A stretch of DNA of 64,000 nucleotides from contig JAJRTJ010000003.1 in assembly GCA_024278335.1 (NCBI GenBank), positions 165,297 to 229,296 on the forward strand, in the 5' to 3' direction. The translations under genes and the position numbers were made by a program. The notes under the pieces were generated by a model. It saw only the letters and a program-made list of their open reading frames with translations, made no database searches and was not told where the DNA came from. This DNA is from an archaeon. GTDB taxonomy: Archaea > Nanobdellota > Nanobdellia > Pacearchaeales > GW2011-AR1. This document shows, one piece after another, positions 38,701 through 46,872 of this stretch (the stretch's first letter is position 1; the number at the start of each line of letters is the position of its first letter).

Positions 38701-40448
38701 CTTCTAATAATTTGAATTCAAGTATATTTACATTGACTGTTAACCAAGCAACTTCTGACCTATCTTTTTATCTAAATAATTCCGAGATAGACATCTCATT
38801 TATTTATGGAGGTTCTGTCAATGCTTCAGCAAATACAACTCTTGGAGAAGTGGATATTTTTAGAAATGGTGTGAACGTAAGTTCAGAAGAAAATACTTTT
38901 GTAACACTTGGAGTTGGAATATATAATTATACTGCTGTAAATTATGGAAATGAGAATTATAGTGAAGTAAGCAGGCAGATTAATTTAACAATTAATAAAG
39001 CAACAGGGGTTTTAACTCCTTATTTAAATAACACGAACGCTAATTACACTGCAAATAATGACAGCAAGGAAATTTGGATAAATGCTACATTAGAAACGGG
39101 TCTTGGAAATATTGAAGTTTATTTAAACGGAAGTTTGATTGCTAATAATACTGCTCCAAATAATCTTACTAATTTATCTCTTGGGTATTACAATATTACT
39201 TATATTTATAGAGGTAATGAGAATTATACTTCAGACGAGGAAGTCCTTTGGGTTAATTTAAGTGCAACTGCAGATACTATCCCTCCAACGCTCTCTTCAA
39301 TAACAGCAACTTCTATAACTTCTTCAGGAGCGACTATTACCTGGACAACAGATGAGCTTGCAAATTCAACTGTTTATTATGGTTCAACAACTTCAACAAC
39401 TTCCAGTTCTTTTTCAACAAGTTCTGTAACTTCTCATTCAATTTCTTTATCTGGGTTAGCCTCTTCTACACTTTATTATTATAATGTTTCAAGCTGTGAT
39501 AGTTCAGGTAATTGCAATACTTCAATTCAATATAATTTTACAACTTCTGCTGCTTCAACTGGCGGAGGCGGGGGAGGCGGAGGGGGTGGCGGAGGAGGAA
39601 CTGTCCTTTGTGAAGATGAGTGTGACTTAGGCGAAACACAAGCGGTTTGTATGGGAAACTTTAGTGTTGAAAAGAAAATTTGTGGAGAAGCAAATGACGG
39701 GGATACTTGCAGAGAGTGGGTTGTGCAAACTACAGGGGATTGTGGGGAGAAAGAAGTATGTGAAGAGGGAGTGTGCGTTAGAGCAAGGAATTGCACTCCT
39801 AATTTTCTTTGTGGAAGTTGGTCAAAATGTGTTAGTGAGGAGAGAATTCGTCCTTGTATTGATTTAAATGGATGCACTTCTGCATATCAAGATGAAAAAG
39901 AATGTAAGCTTGTTTTGTCGGGTTGTTCTATTGAACTTTCTCCGGGATGGAACCATAAATCTTTATGTAATAAATTTGAAGGGAAATCTATTAAAGAGAT
40001 CTTTGGAAAAGCATATGATGCTTTGGAATATGCACTTGCATGGAATAGCTCAAAACAAGAGTTTGATGTTTATTCAAAATACTCTGCTGAATTCCCTTTA
40101 GATTCACTTTCGCATAATATAAACAAGTATCATAGTTATTTCTTTTATATAAGGAAAGGAAATTACTTTCTTGATTATGGGAATGAGTCTTATAATTCTT
40201 TAGAGATTCCGGTTGATTCAAATAAATGGGAAAGTCCTTCTTTTATGTCTTTGAATTCTTCTTCTGTCAGGAAGGGTCAGGGAAATTTTAAGGGGTTGGA
40301 TATAAATTATTTATTAAAATGGGATAATTTGAATCAGGAATATGAAGTTTATAGTCCTCTTTCAAAAGAAACTGGTTTAACAATTTATCCTTCTGACGGG
40401 ATTTTTACATATAGCTCAAGCGGAGGTGGGTTGGTATATGATAATTAG
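35730..40448 (+). CDS. Giant secreted surface/adhesin-like protein
   Basis: 1572 aa with a signal anchor. About 8 PQQ-like blades carry a recurring YQLNASN(I/V/L)S motif. LamG motif FNGTIDEFRIWNRSLSEQEV. FN3-like PPTLSSITATSITSSGATITWTT. A run of 13 Gly. C-terminal module CGSWSKC...RPCIDLNGC. Very many N-x-S/T sequons. Confidence 0.8.
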   Translation: MRCKNIYLVAIVVFVLGVITFLSAINSQSTTLQEWKMFGRDLNNTRYYPDNLTILVSSRELLNFSTYGSTMQSSPIISGDYVYFGSNDSQIYQLNASTLSFIANFSAGASVIASGAVAGGFFYIAAQNSKVFQLNASNISQLLGSFTSDDAFDSPPIVVNDFVYIADSGPDVLQLNATNISKLFGKYSALGIAPPDNYHASSLTFYDGNIFLSTSAGNIYQLSALNVSNKIKNISLENAFQSTPVFYKGALYLGDKAGIVWQLNASNIDQMLSNFSTGKVFTDSFAIANDYAYIEGGNTLFQFNASNLSLLVANFTLTNGIFAGSPAVSENYVFIGANNSILYQFNASNVSQLISSRTLGAAIQSSPAISNNSVYLASSDMNLYLFSSTPISPYGYKISPANASSPSNSRINFEFNVTDLGGNLKNATLWVWNLSYAADFTNGFKTNFTPISGSFNHTNITLSFTESGNYSWNVLIYDALDNSNWTGASNNTFEFLVDSIIPTFEDLANFSVVYLGAVNLDLNATDNVALDCFSVNDSRFTINCTGWLSNIASLPIGYYALNITINDTSNNLNSDIIYVNVTAPPDTLAPFIGFINPTPSNSTSNPNVDSFEINISIIEANLSSLVYSWNYTNYTIYNDSLLLMYNFNNLSSLGENSTLVRDLANNSDNGTVYLAEWTPNGRYDGAYLFKENHSYIDAGPIIANSGAIDLSLEVWIYPLNVTTFQTIFFDSGSRLGNDVSLQILGDGQLECKSDTDFDTQGDIYGGILTSPVESVVLNEWQHIVCVIDDTNDKISLFINGKEVASQVFTTTLPTDNWHSVIGSQYDLNSGISFRTFNGTIDEFRIWNRSLSEQEVYQHYISNLQKINQTQWYLYVNQSLNATDGLFEGNYTYQAFATDSVGNENQTELRSLEVTTTSPDTTLPYFTSTSFSDSITYGTDWSGVNLNATDDVEFDSFSINDSRFTINSTGFLDEINTLGAGIYNINITINDTSNNLNSSIFTLTVNQATSDLSFYLNNSEIDISFIYGGSVNASANTTLGEVDIFRNGVNVSSEENTFVTLGVGIYNYTAVNYGNENYSEVSRQINLTINKATGVLTPYLNNTNANYTANNDSKEIWINATLETGLGNIEVYLNGSLIANNTAPNNLTNLSLGYYNITYIYRGNENYTSDEEVLWVNLSATADTIPPTLSSITATSITSSGATITWTTDELANSTVYYGSTTSTTSSSFSTSSVTSHSISLSGLASSTLYYYNVSSCDSSGNCNTSIQYNFTTSAASTGGGGGGGGGGGGGTVLCEDECDLGETQAVCMGNFSVEKKICGEANDGDTCREWVVQTTGDCGEKEVCEEGVCVRARNCTPNFLCGSWSKCVSEERIRPCIDLNGCTSAYQDEKECKLVLSGCSIELSPGWNHKSLCNKFEGKSIKEIFGKAYDALEYALAWNSSKQEFDVYSKYSAEFPLDSLSHNINKYHSYFFYIRKGNYFLDYGNESYNSLEIPVDSNKWESPSFMSLNSSSVRKGQGNFKGLDINYLLKWDNLNQEYEVYSPLSKETGLTIYPSDGIFTYSSSGGGLVYDN

Positions 40449-40484
40449 TGTAATATTTAAAAATAGAGAGGAATATATACTGAA

Positions 40485-41798
40485 ATGAGAAAAGAGGTAG
40501 CTTTGATTTTAGTTGTTTTGATGCTTGTCTTTCCATTTGTTAAAGCTCTTGGACCAAATCCTGGAGTTGTTGATGGATATGTTGATGATACTGAAGGCCA
40601 CCCAATCAGTGGGGCAATGGTTAGTGCAAATGGAGGTTCGGGAACAACAGACGATACTTCTTATTATGTCTTTAGTGCAGATAATCCAAAAAATGGGCCA
40701 GTTAAAGTTACTGCAACTTATGGGGGAGGAGAAGGTTCTGTGACTGTTACGTCTGATAATAGCAGAAATGCAAGAGCTTATGTTACAATATGCTATGCTC
40801 CAACAAAGCCTACAATTACTTCTTCTCCTTCAGGTCAGCATGAAACTACAATTAAATTAGAGTGGAATTCTGGAGAGGAGGTTAAGTTTGGATATCCTAC
40901 TTATGATGTTGTTACAATCAATGGGAAAGAATCAAAAATTGAAGGAGGGGGGAGTCATTCTTTAGTTGAAGAGATTAATTTTGGAAATTATGTTTGGAGT
41001 GTTAAAACATGTAATATTCCTCCAAAAGGAGTTGCTCATAATGATGTCTTTTGTTGTAGTGATGCTGTTGGAGGGGGGTATGGTGCTGGAAACAAGCCCC
41101 CTTCTACTCCAAGTGGAGAGGGTTCAAGCAACGAGGGATTAGCAACACTTTCTTGGGTTTCTGGAATAGACCCGGAAGGAGATGCAACTTATGATGAATT
41201 TAGGTTCAGCAATAGTTCAGTTGAAATTAGTCCTGCTGTTTCTCCTTATATTACCCCTGCAGAAGTTTTGATTAATTGGGAAATAAGAACTTGCGATATT
41301 TATGGAGCATGCAGTCCTTGGAATGAAATCCATACGGTTACTTGTTCAAAAATTTCTTCAGAATGCCCTTCTTCTGAAAAAGTTAATTCTTTACTTAAAG
41401 TGTTTTCTGAAAGCACTTCTCCTACAGAAGTATACTGCAATGGATTGAAATATAATGGTTCTCTTTTAAGACTGGATTTGAATTTTAAAGAAGGGAAGAA
41501 AATTTCTTTTAAAAATTCTTTAAATTCAATTGAAGACTTAAACAAATGCCCTTGGTGTTATGACGGCATAAAAAATTATGATGAAACAGAAGTTGATTGC
41601 GGGGGGGTTGGTTGCCCTTCTTGTTCTTTTTTAGAACAGAGAAAACTTCCTCTTTGGATTATTTGGATAATTCTTTTTTTAGTAGCCTTTATTTTCATTT
41701 ATTGGTATTACAAAAAGAAAAAAGGTCACGCAGGGGTAGAGTATTTTCATCCTATAAATCATCTTTCTTCAGATATTAAAAGAGTTTTAAGAGAATGA
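40485..41798 (+). CDS. Surface protein with a CarboxypepD_reg-like domain, FN3-like repeats, a juxtamembrane Cys motif and a TM anchor
   Basis: Signal peptide, VDGYVDDTEGHPISGAMVSA, CPWCYDGIKNYDETEVDCGGVGCPSC, a TM helix and a KKKK tail. Confidence 0.6.
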   Translation: MRKEVALILVVLMLVFPFVKALGPNPGVVDGYVDDTEGHPISGAMVSANGGSGTTDDTSYYVFSADNPKNGPVKVTATYGGGEGSVTVTSDNSRNARAYVTICYAPTKPTITSSPSGQHETTIKLEWNSGEEVKFGYPTYDVVTINGKESKIEGGGSHSLVEEINFGNYVWSVKTCNIPPKGVAHNDVFCCSDAVGGGYGAGNKPPSTPSGEGSSNEGLATLSWVSGIDPEGDATYDEFRFSNSSVEISPAVSPYITPAEVLINWEIRTCDIYGACSPWNEIHTVTCSKISSECPSSEKVNSLLKVFSESTSPTEVYCNGLKYNGSLLRLDLNFKEGKKISFKNSLNSIEDLNKCPWCYDGIKNYDETEVDCGGVGCPSCSFLEQRKLPLWIIWIILFLVAFIFIYWYYKKKKGHAGVEYFHPINHLSSDIKRVLRE

Positions 41799-42820
41799 AA
41801 ATGAAAAAGGGGTTGTTTTTTTTAGGTCTTGTTTTCTTAATGGCAGGAGTTTTTGCTCAATCTACTTGCGATAAAGCAGATTTTAATAGTGATGGTGTGG
41901 TGGATAAATATGATTTAGGGAAATTAGATAAGTATTTTAATTTTGAAGATTGTTCTTCTTCAGATTGGTGTGAAGGCACTGATTTAAATAAAGATGGAAA
42001 AGTTGATGTAATTGATTTTAACCTTTTTTCAGACGAGTATGGGGAAAGATGCACAGATTCAAAAGAGAGTTCTAAAGGATTTTTTAAAAAAGAAGAAAAG
42101 CCTTGTTTTTCTAAATGGTCTTGCGGAGAATGGGGGGGGTGTTTTACTTCTTACAATTTAGAAGATGTAGTTTTAGGATTAAGAGAGTCTAAGGGAATTC
42201 AAGAACGTGTTTGTGAAGATTTAAATAAATGTTCTCCTCCAGTTACTAAATCTCGAGAGTGTAAAGTTTCTATTCCAATTGAGGCAAGATTCTTAAAATG
42301 GTGTTTTAAGGATTATGTAGAGCTTGTTGATAAAAATACTGGGAATATAATTGGGAGGATAAGAAAAGAAGATTCTCTTTTAAAGGCAGATTTTAAAAAA
42401 ATAGACCTTTCTTTTACTGATTCTGAATTAAATGAAACTTGTGATTATTGTTTTGATGGGGTTATGAATTATGACGAGACGGGAGTTGATTGCGGGGGGT
42501 CTTCTTGTCCTGCATGTGTGGAAATTTATGAGATGGGCTTTAATTGGCTTGGACTGGTATTCTGGATTCTTTGGATTGTTTTGTTTTCTCTGATTTTACT
42601 CTTTTTTCAAAATGAAAAAAATATGGGGAGTTTTGGCGAGAGAGGACTTTTGCAGTCAAAATTTATTCTTGGAATTAAGAAACTTGTTAATCCTGCTGGA
42701 GAGAAACTCCGTTCGTTTGAGACTTATGCAGAGGATTTTGTTTCTGAGGTATTTCATCATGATTCTCTTGGAGAAGGTTCTGCAGGCGTTGAAGATGCAG
42801 GAGAATATTTTAAAGATTAA
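41795..42820 (+). CDS. Surface protein with dockerin/EF-hand-like repeats, a TSP1-like Cys module, a juxtamembrane Cys motif and a TM anchor
   Basis: DFNSDGVVDKYD and DLNKDGKVDVID. CGEWGGC...RVCEDLNKC. CDYCFDGVMNYDETGVDCGGSSCPAC followed by a TM helix. Confidence 0.55.
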   Translation: MKMKKGLFFLGLVFLMAGVFAQSTCDKADFNSDGVVDKYDLGKLDKYFNFEDCSSSDWCEGTDLNKDGKVDVIDFNLFSDEYGERCTDSKESSKGFFKKEEKPCFSKWSCGEWGGCFTSYNLEDVVLGLRESKGIQERVCEDLNKCSPPVTKSRECKVSIPIEARFLKWCFKDYVELVDKNTGNIIGRIRKEDSLLKADFKKIDLSFTDSELNETCDYCFDGVMNYDETGVDCGGSSCPACVEIYEMGFNWLGLVFWILWIVLFSLILLFFQNEKNMGSFGERGLLQSKFILGIKKLVNPAGEKLRSFETYAEDFVSEVFHHDSLGEGSAGVEDAGEYFKD

Positions 42821-42864
42821 ACTAAGAAAACCGGTTTTTTAAGGGATATTTTATTTCTTTGAAA
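42815..42864. repeat. Direct repeat copy A (50 bp) flanking the SGNH hydrolase pair
   Basis: gattaaactaagaaaaccggttttttaagggata... matches 45691-45740 at 47/50 positions, with the first 34 nt identical. It contains the palindrome aaaaccggtttt followed by a T run. Confidence 0.85.
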
Positions 42865-43837
42865 GATGGTTATAAAGTATCTCTGCTAACAATCTATGGC
42901 CCCTTGCATTTGGATGTGTTTTAGATTTTGTTCTCAAATCACCATATTTTAAATTGTGTTTTTTCATGTATTCTAAAGTGGGTTTTTGAATATCTATAAT
43001 CTCAAATCCTGCCTTCTTTGCTATTTCTTCCATTTTTATTTCAATATCTGTTGCACCAAATTCATTCATCTCCGGGTGAATGAGGTCATAATCTATAAAA
43101 AACAACACTCTTGCTTTTTGGTTTGCAGCTTTCTTTGAGATTCTGGTATATGCCATTTCAATGCTGTTAAGTCCAGCATAATCCCTGAATTTTCCCGCAC
43201 TTGTTGTATTATAGACAGGTAATCCTGTTTCAGGGTCTCTTGGAGCTCTTTTTAATCCTCCTATTTTTGGTTCATAAGAATTTCCTACTACTTTTGCAAA
43301 TGCAGTTTTACCAAGTTCAATTATAGGAGAATGGTATCCTGTTGGAATAAATTCCGGAATACACACATCGTTTTCTACACCACAAATTATAATTGTTTTT
43401 ATTCCTTCAAATCTTTTCATAAAATAGTCTACTGCTTCGCTCTCCTGAAGTGCATCATAACCAAAAACCCCTGCATTCAATACCTCATAACGCTTCCCTT
43501 TTACAGAAGTATTTAGCATCTCCTCTAATCTAGTTGGAAATATTTGGTCTTCTGCTACCTGGAAGCCAAATGCGTGAGAATCTCCTGCAACAAGTATTCT
43601 TTCTATTCCTTTTTGAACTTTTTCAGAATAGTTTTGATCTCTCATTCCATATTTATTTGTATGTAACGGAACTCCGGCATATGTTGTATTGAGATTTGCT
43701 TTAAGAGCATAAATTCTTCCATCTTTTGTTGGCGTTATTTTTGTAGTTTTATTAAGAAAAAGATTCATTGCAATTTCAGAAAGACCAGTAGTTATTCCCA
43801 ATGATGCTAAAGCAAGAATTAAGTTTCCTTTTTTCAT
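42851..43837 (-). CDS. Secreted SGNH/GDSL-family hydrolase
   Basis: Signal peptide, block I ILVAGDSHAFG, NAGVFGYD, block V-like KTHPNARGH. Confidence 0.75.
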   Translation of the reverse strand: MKKGNLILALASLGITTGLSEIAMNLFLNKTTKITPTKDGRIYALKANLNTTYAGVPLHTNKYGMRDQNYSEKVQKGIERILVAGDSHAFGFQVAEDQIFPTRLEEMLNTSVKGKRYEVLNAGVFGYDALQESEAVDYFMKRFEGIKTIIICGVENDVCIPEFIPTGYHSPIIELGKTAFAKVVGNSYEPKIGGLKRAPRDPETGLPVYNTTSAGKFRDYAGLNSIEMAYTRISKKAANQKARVLFFIDYDLIHPEMNEFGATDIEIKMEEIAKKAGFEIIDIQKPTLEYMKKHNLKYGDLRTKSKTHPNARGHRLLAEILYNHLSKK

Positions 43838-43842
43838 TTTAA

Positions 43843-45645
43843 TTATCTCATTTGATATTTAACTCCAGTAAATTTTCTTCCCTTTTTTTTAGAGGGTCTT
43901 CTGTTATGCCGTCTTCCAATTCTTATTGCATTTCTTCTGGTTCGTTCTATTCTTAATCTTTTGTTTCTTTCTTTTCTTTTTTCTCTTTCCGCTTTTATTT
44001 CTAATTCATGTTGAAGCCCTTTCCATTTACAAGATCTTAGAGCAAATTTGCATGTTGAAGATAAAACATGACCCCCCGGAGGATCAATTCCTGTATAGGT
44101 GATTTGAAGTGTATATTGTCCAGGAGAAAGTCCCTCTTGTATTCCTTCGGGGATTTGTAAATTAAAGGCATTTGTTGTATTACTATCAAGAAGGATGCGC
44201 ACGAGATTTTTTTCTTTTCTTTTATTCCCTCTGTTGTTATAAACAGATTGTAATTTTACTCCAGATTCTCTGTATATATCCACAAATAAAGGAAAATTTT
44301 CTGGAAAATAATTTTTCTTCCTGATTGTTCTATCTAAAACTATTGTGATTGGATGTTTATTTTTGTTTCTTACCTTTACCCTTACTCTCATAGGTTCCCC
44401 TTTTTTGAAGATTCTTCTTCCCCTGCATAAATTTCCCTCTCTCTTTAAAAAATTTGCTTGAAACTCAAACCTATCTAATAATTTGGAATTTAATGGTTTA
44501 GCGGATTGAACTACTCCTTCAAAATAAGGTAAGCCTCTGAAGAAATTTTTGGAAAGTTCAAAAGGAACAAGTTTATTGTTTGTTAAAGTTTTTAAAATTG
44601 TTAAAGCCATTACCATATTTGCTTCTTCTCTATAATGAAAGTCTGTAAGACTTACTTCTAATTCACTAAGTTTTTTATAACCATTGCTCTCTAAGAATTG
44701 GTTAAGTGATTCATGCGGATCTGCAATATAAAATCCTAAATGTCTTCCTGTCTCGATAATATTTTCTAATTCTTTTCTCTCTTTTTTTGGCATATCTTGC
44801 AATAAGTCATGATAAATTATACCTAAAACAATTGGTATGCTTCTTTCATTTCCCATTGCCCTTAATTCTTCATAAGCCTTTCTTACATCTTTGGGTTTTC
44901 CTGTAAAATATTTTCTATACCATTTTGGGAGATTTGCAGGATTATCTGGATCTAGTGGATTAATATCTCCTCCATTTATAAGCACAGCTTTTCTTGGATC
45001 AAATAAATCTTCATTAAAGAAAGATTTTTTAATTTCCTCTCCTGGAGACCATTCTTTTGGAACTTTGATCGTGCAGGGAATTCTTGCGTCATTGAAAAAT
45101 GCTCCGACTAGAATTAAATCAGGCGTATATTTTCTGAGGACTTTTTTATATGATTCTACTTCTTGAAGTGCATTATATCCTGTACATCCAGCATTTAAAA
45201 TTTCAATGTTTGAATTATTTCTTTCAAAAATCTTTCTTAGAATTCCAATATAGGAATCTTCCATTTCTGTTCCTACCCCAAAAGTAAAAGAGTCTCCAAT
45301 GACAGCTATCCTGAATGTTTCTGGATTTTTTTTGATAGGATAATCTCGGTTATCCCTCATTGAATCAGAATTTATTCTTGCTTGATATTCTCCGTGAGGA
45401 ATTGTTGCATTAGGAATATTTTGGTAGATTACCTTGGAATATCTGCTTGGCATAAAGAGATTTTCTGTAGGGGGATTATTTTCTTTGATAAAGGAAGAGG
45501 CGTTTTCTTTTGCAATTTTTTGAGCATAGCGAGTATCTATTTCGAGTTTTGTTGCACAGATACTTGTGATTAATAACTCTCCAGCTAATAATATCTTCCC
45601 TAACCCTTTTAACCAACTTGCTTTTCTCATGTGTAACTCCTCCAT
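43843..45645 (-). CDS. SGNH/GDSL-family hydrolase with a beta-sandwich extension and an Arg/Lys-rich tail
   Basis: TM/signal anchor, block I IAVIGDSFTFGVG, NAGCTGYN, DFH. The last ~50 aa are highly basic (REKRKERNKRLRIERTRRNAIRIGRRHNRRPSKKKGRK). Confidence 0.7.
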   Translation of the reverse strand: MEELHMRKASWLKGLGKILLAGELLITSICATKLEIDTRYAQKIAKENASSFIKENNPPTENLFMPSRYSKVIYQNIPNATIPHGEYQARINSDSMRDNRDYPIKKNPETFRIAVIGDSFTFGVGTEMEDSYIGILRKIFERNNSNIEILNAGCTGYNALQEVESYKKVLRKYTPDLILVGAFFNDARIPCTIKVPKEWSPGEEIKKSFFNEDLFDPRKAVLINGGDINPLDPDNPANLPKWYRKYFTGKPKDVRKAYEELRAMGNERSIPIVLGIIYHDLLQDMPKKERKELENIIETGRHLGFYIADPHESLNQFLESNGYKKLSELEVSLTDFHYREEANMVMALTILKTLTNNKLVPFELSKNFFRGLPYFEGVVQSAKPLNSKLLDRFEFQANFLKREGNLCRGRRIFKKGEPMRVRVKVRNKNKHPITIVLDRTIRKKNYFPENFPLFVDIYRESGVKLQSVYNNRGNKRKEKNLVRILLDSNTTNAFNLQIPEGIQEGLSPGQYTLQITYTGIDPPGGHVLSSTCKFALRSCKWKGLQHELEIKAEREKRKERNKRLRIERTRRNAIRIGRRHNRRPSKKKGRKFTGVKYQMR

Positions 45646-45690
45646 GGTTACAACAGAGAATTTGTCCTTTATAAACTTTTTTGTGATGTT

Positions 45691-45740
45691 GATTAAACTA
45701 AGAAAACCGGTTTTTTAAGGGATACTTTATTTTTTTGAGA
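45691..45740. repeat. Direct repeat copy B (50 bp)
   Basis: See copy A. Here the repeat encodes the last ~13 codons and the stop of ORF 45698-46333. Confidence 0.85.
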
Positions 45741-46333
45741 ATAAATTTTGAGCCAATTATGTCTGAAATAATAGCAGAAAGCTTTAAAGAACCGACTACA
45801 AAAGTGTTTAATCCCTGGTTTAGGGGAATGCCTGCTGTTTGGGCAAATCCTTTTATGAGAGTGTCTATTTCTTCTTTTGTTAGTTTTACCTTTGTTTGTT
45901 TTGGCTGAGGGGTTCGGAGGATTATTTCTTGATCTGGTCCTGGACATTCAACTGCCTGAACAGAAGGGTTGTTGATGAGTTTTTCTAATTTCCCTAATGG
46001 AATAGGATAGTTTGTTGGTATTGGCTGAATGTTTTGAAGGTGCATTGGCAATCTTGGTTCAGGAATCCTTAGAACAGGAAGAGGGAGATTTCTTTTTATT
46101 TTAAATGGTTGTGGAAGTTTTTTAAAAACAGGTTTGATTCCTACTGCTGTCCTTAGAGCAGGCATAGGAGCCATGGCAAGAATTTTCTCTTTTTCTTCTT
46201 TTAATTCTTGTTTTTTATTTTCTTTCCAAAGTTTTGTCTCTGGGCTTTCAGAATTTTTTATTAATTCTCTGACAAATAGTAATAAAATTTTTTTTCTTTT
46301 TTCTAAAGAAGCATCCTGAAGTTGGAGAAGCAT
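45698..46333 (-). CDS. Hypothetical protein resembling the N-terminal domain only of a GspE/FlaI/VirB11-type secretion ATPase
   Basis: LGKLEKLINNPSVQAVECPGPDQEIILR...LTKEEIDTLIKGFAQTAGIPLNQ...GSKFILKK follows the T2SSE N-domain pattern, but no Walker A follows. Confidence 0.3.
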   Translation of the reverse strand: MLLQLQDASLEKRKKILLLFVRELIKNSESPETKLWKENKKQELKEEKEKILAMAPMPALRTAVGIKPVFKKLPQPFKIKRNLPLPVLRIPEPRLPMHLQNIQPIPTNYPIPLGKLEKLINNPSVQAVECPGPDQEIILRTPQPKQTKVKLTKEEIDTLIKGFAQTAGIPLNQGLNTFVVGSLKLSAIISDIIGSKFILKKIKYPLKNRFS

Positions 46334-46334
46334 T

Positions 46335-46841
46335 TTACACCTCTGCCAGACTTTTTGTTCTTGGTTTTTGAGAGATTGGTTCTTGATACGAGTTTGTTTT
46401 TGGATTTGATTGCATTATTGAAGGGCTCTGAGCAGGAATTTCCTCTTGATGCATTGGGGGAGATGAATAACCCTCAGTATTTTGTTTGTTTTGCTGGGAT
46501 TCGTGCAGTAAAGAAAGACTCCTCGCTATAATTTTGTTTTGTTCAAAAAGTTTTTCCATTTGTTCATCTAATTTTTTTGATTCTTGGGGGGTTTCTTGAT
46601 TTTTAATTTCTTTTTCTGCCAATGTTTGCGCAGAAGTTTCGAAAAGCTCTAATAATTTGCTGATTTGTTTTGATAATGCATCAAATTTTATTGCAAGATT
46701 TGTGGTTATCTTCTGCAAAGCAAGGGTATTTTCCATAAGAGCTTTTTCTAAAGCAATATTTTTGGCAGATGTTTTTGTCCCAGAAATTTTCTTTCTCGTT
46801 GATTTTTTCTTTTTTGTAACACTCCTCTTTTTGCTTGCCAT
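46335..46841 (-). CDS. Hypothetical coiled-coil protein with a Lys-rich N-terminus
   Basis: 168 aa ORF, 1 nt from the next ORF and downstream of ppsA on the same strand. Confidence 0.3.
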   Translation of the reverse strand: MASKKRSVTKKKKSTRKKISGTKTSAKNIALEKALMENTLALQKITTNLAIKFDALSKQISKLLELFETSAQTLAEKEIKNQETPQESKKLDEQMEKLFEQNKIIARSLSLLHESQQNKQNTEGYSSPPMHQEEIPAQSPSIMQSNPKTNSYQEPISQKPRTKSLAEV

Positions 46842-46872
46842 AGTTTATATAAGAATTAATTATTTATAAAAC

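Noticed and set aside
39555-39600. GC-rich run ggcggaggcgggggaggcggagggggtggcggagga (and a similar run near 8345-8385) as a structural DNA repeat or G-quadruplex element
   Set aside because: Both runs are in frame inside surface-protein ORFs and encode poly-Gly or Gly/Ser linkers between domains. The coding explanation is sufficient.
45693-45947. The 84-aa Arg/Lys-rich ORF overlapping ORF 45698-46333 in another frame
   Set aside because: It lies entirely within the longer ORF, which has a recognisable domain-like pattern. Its composition looks like an out-of-frame artefact.
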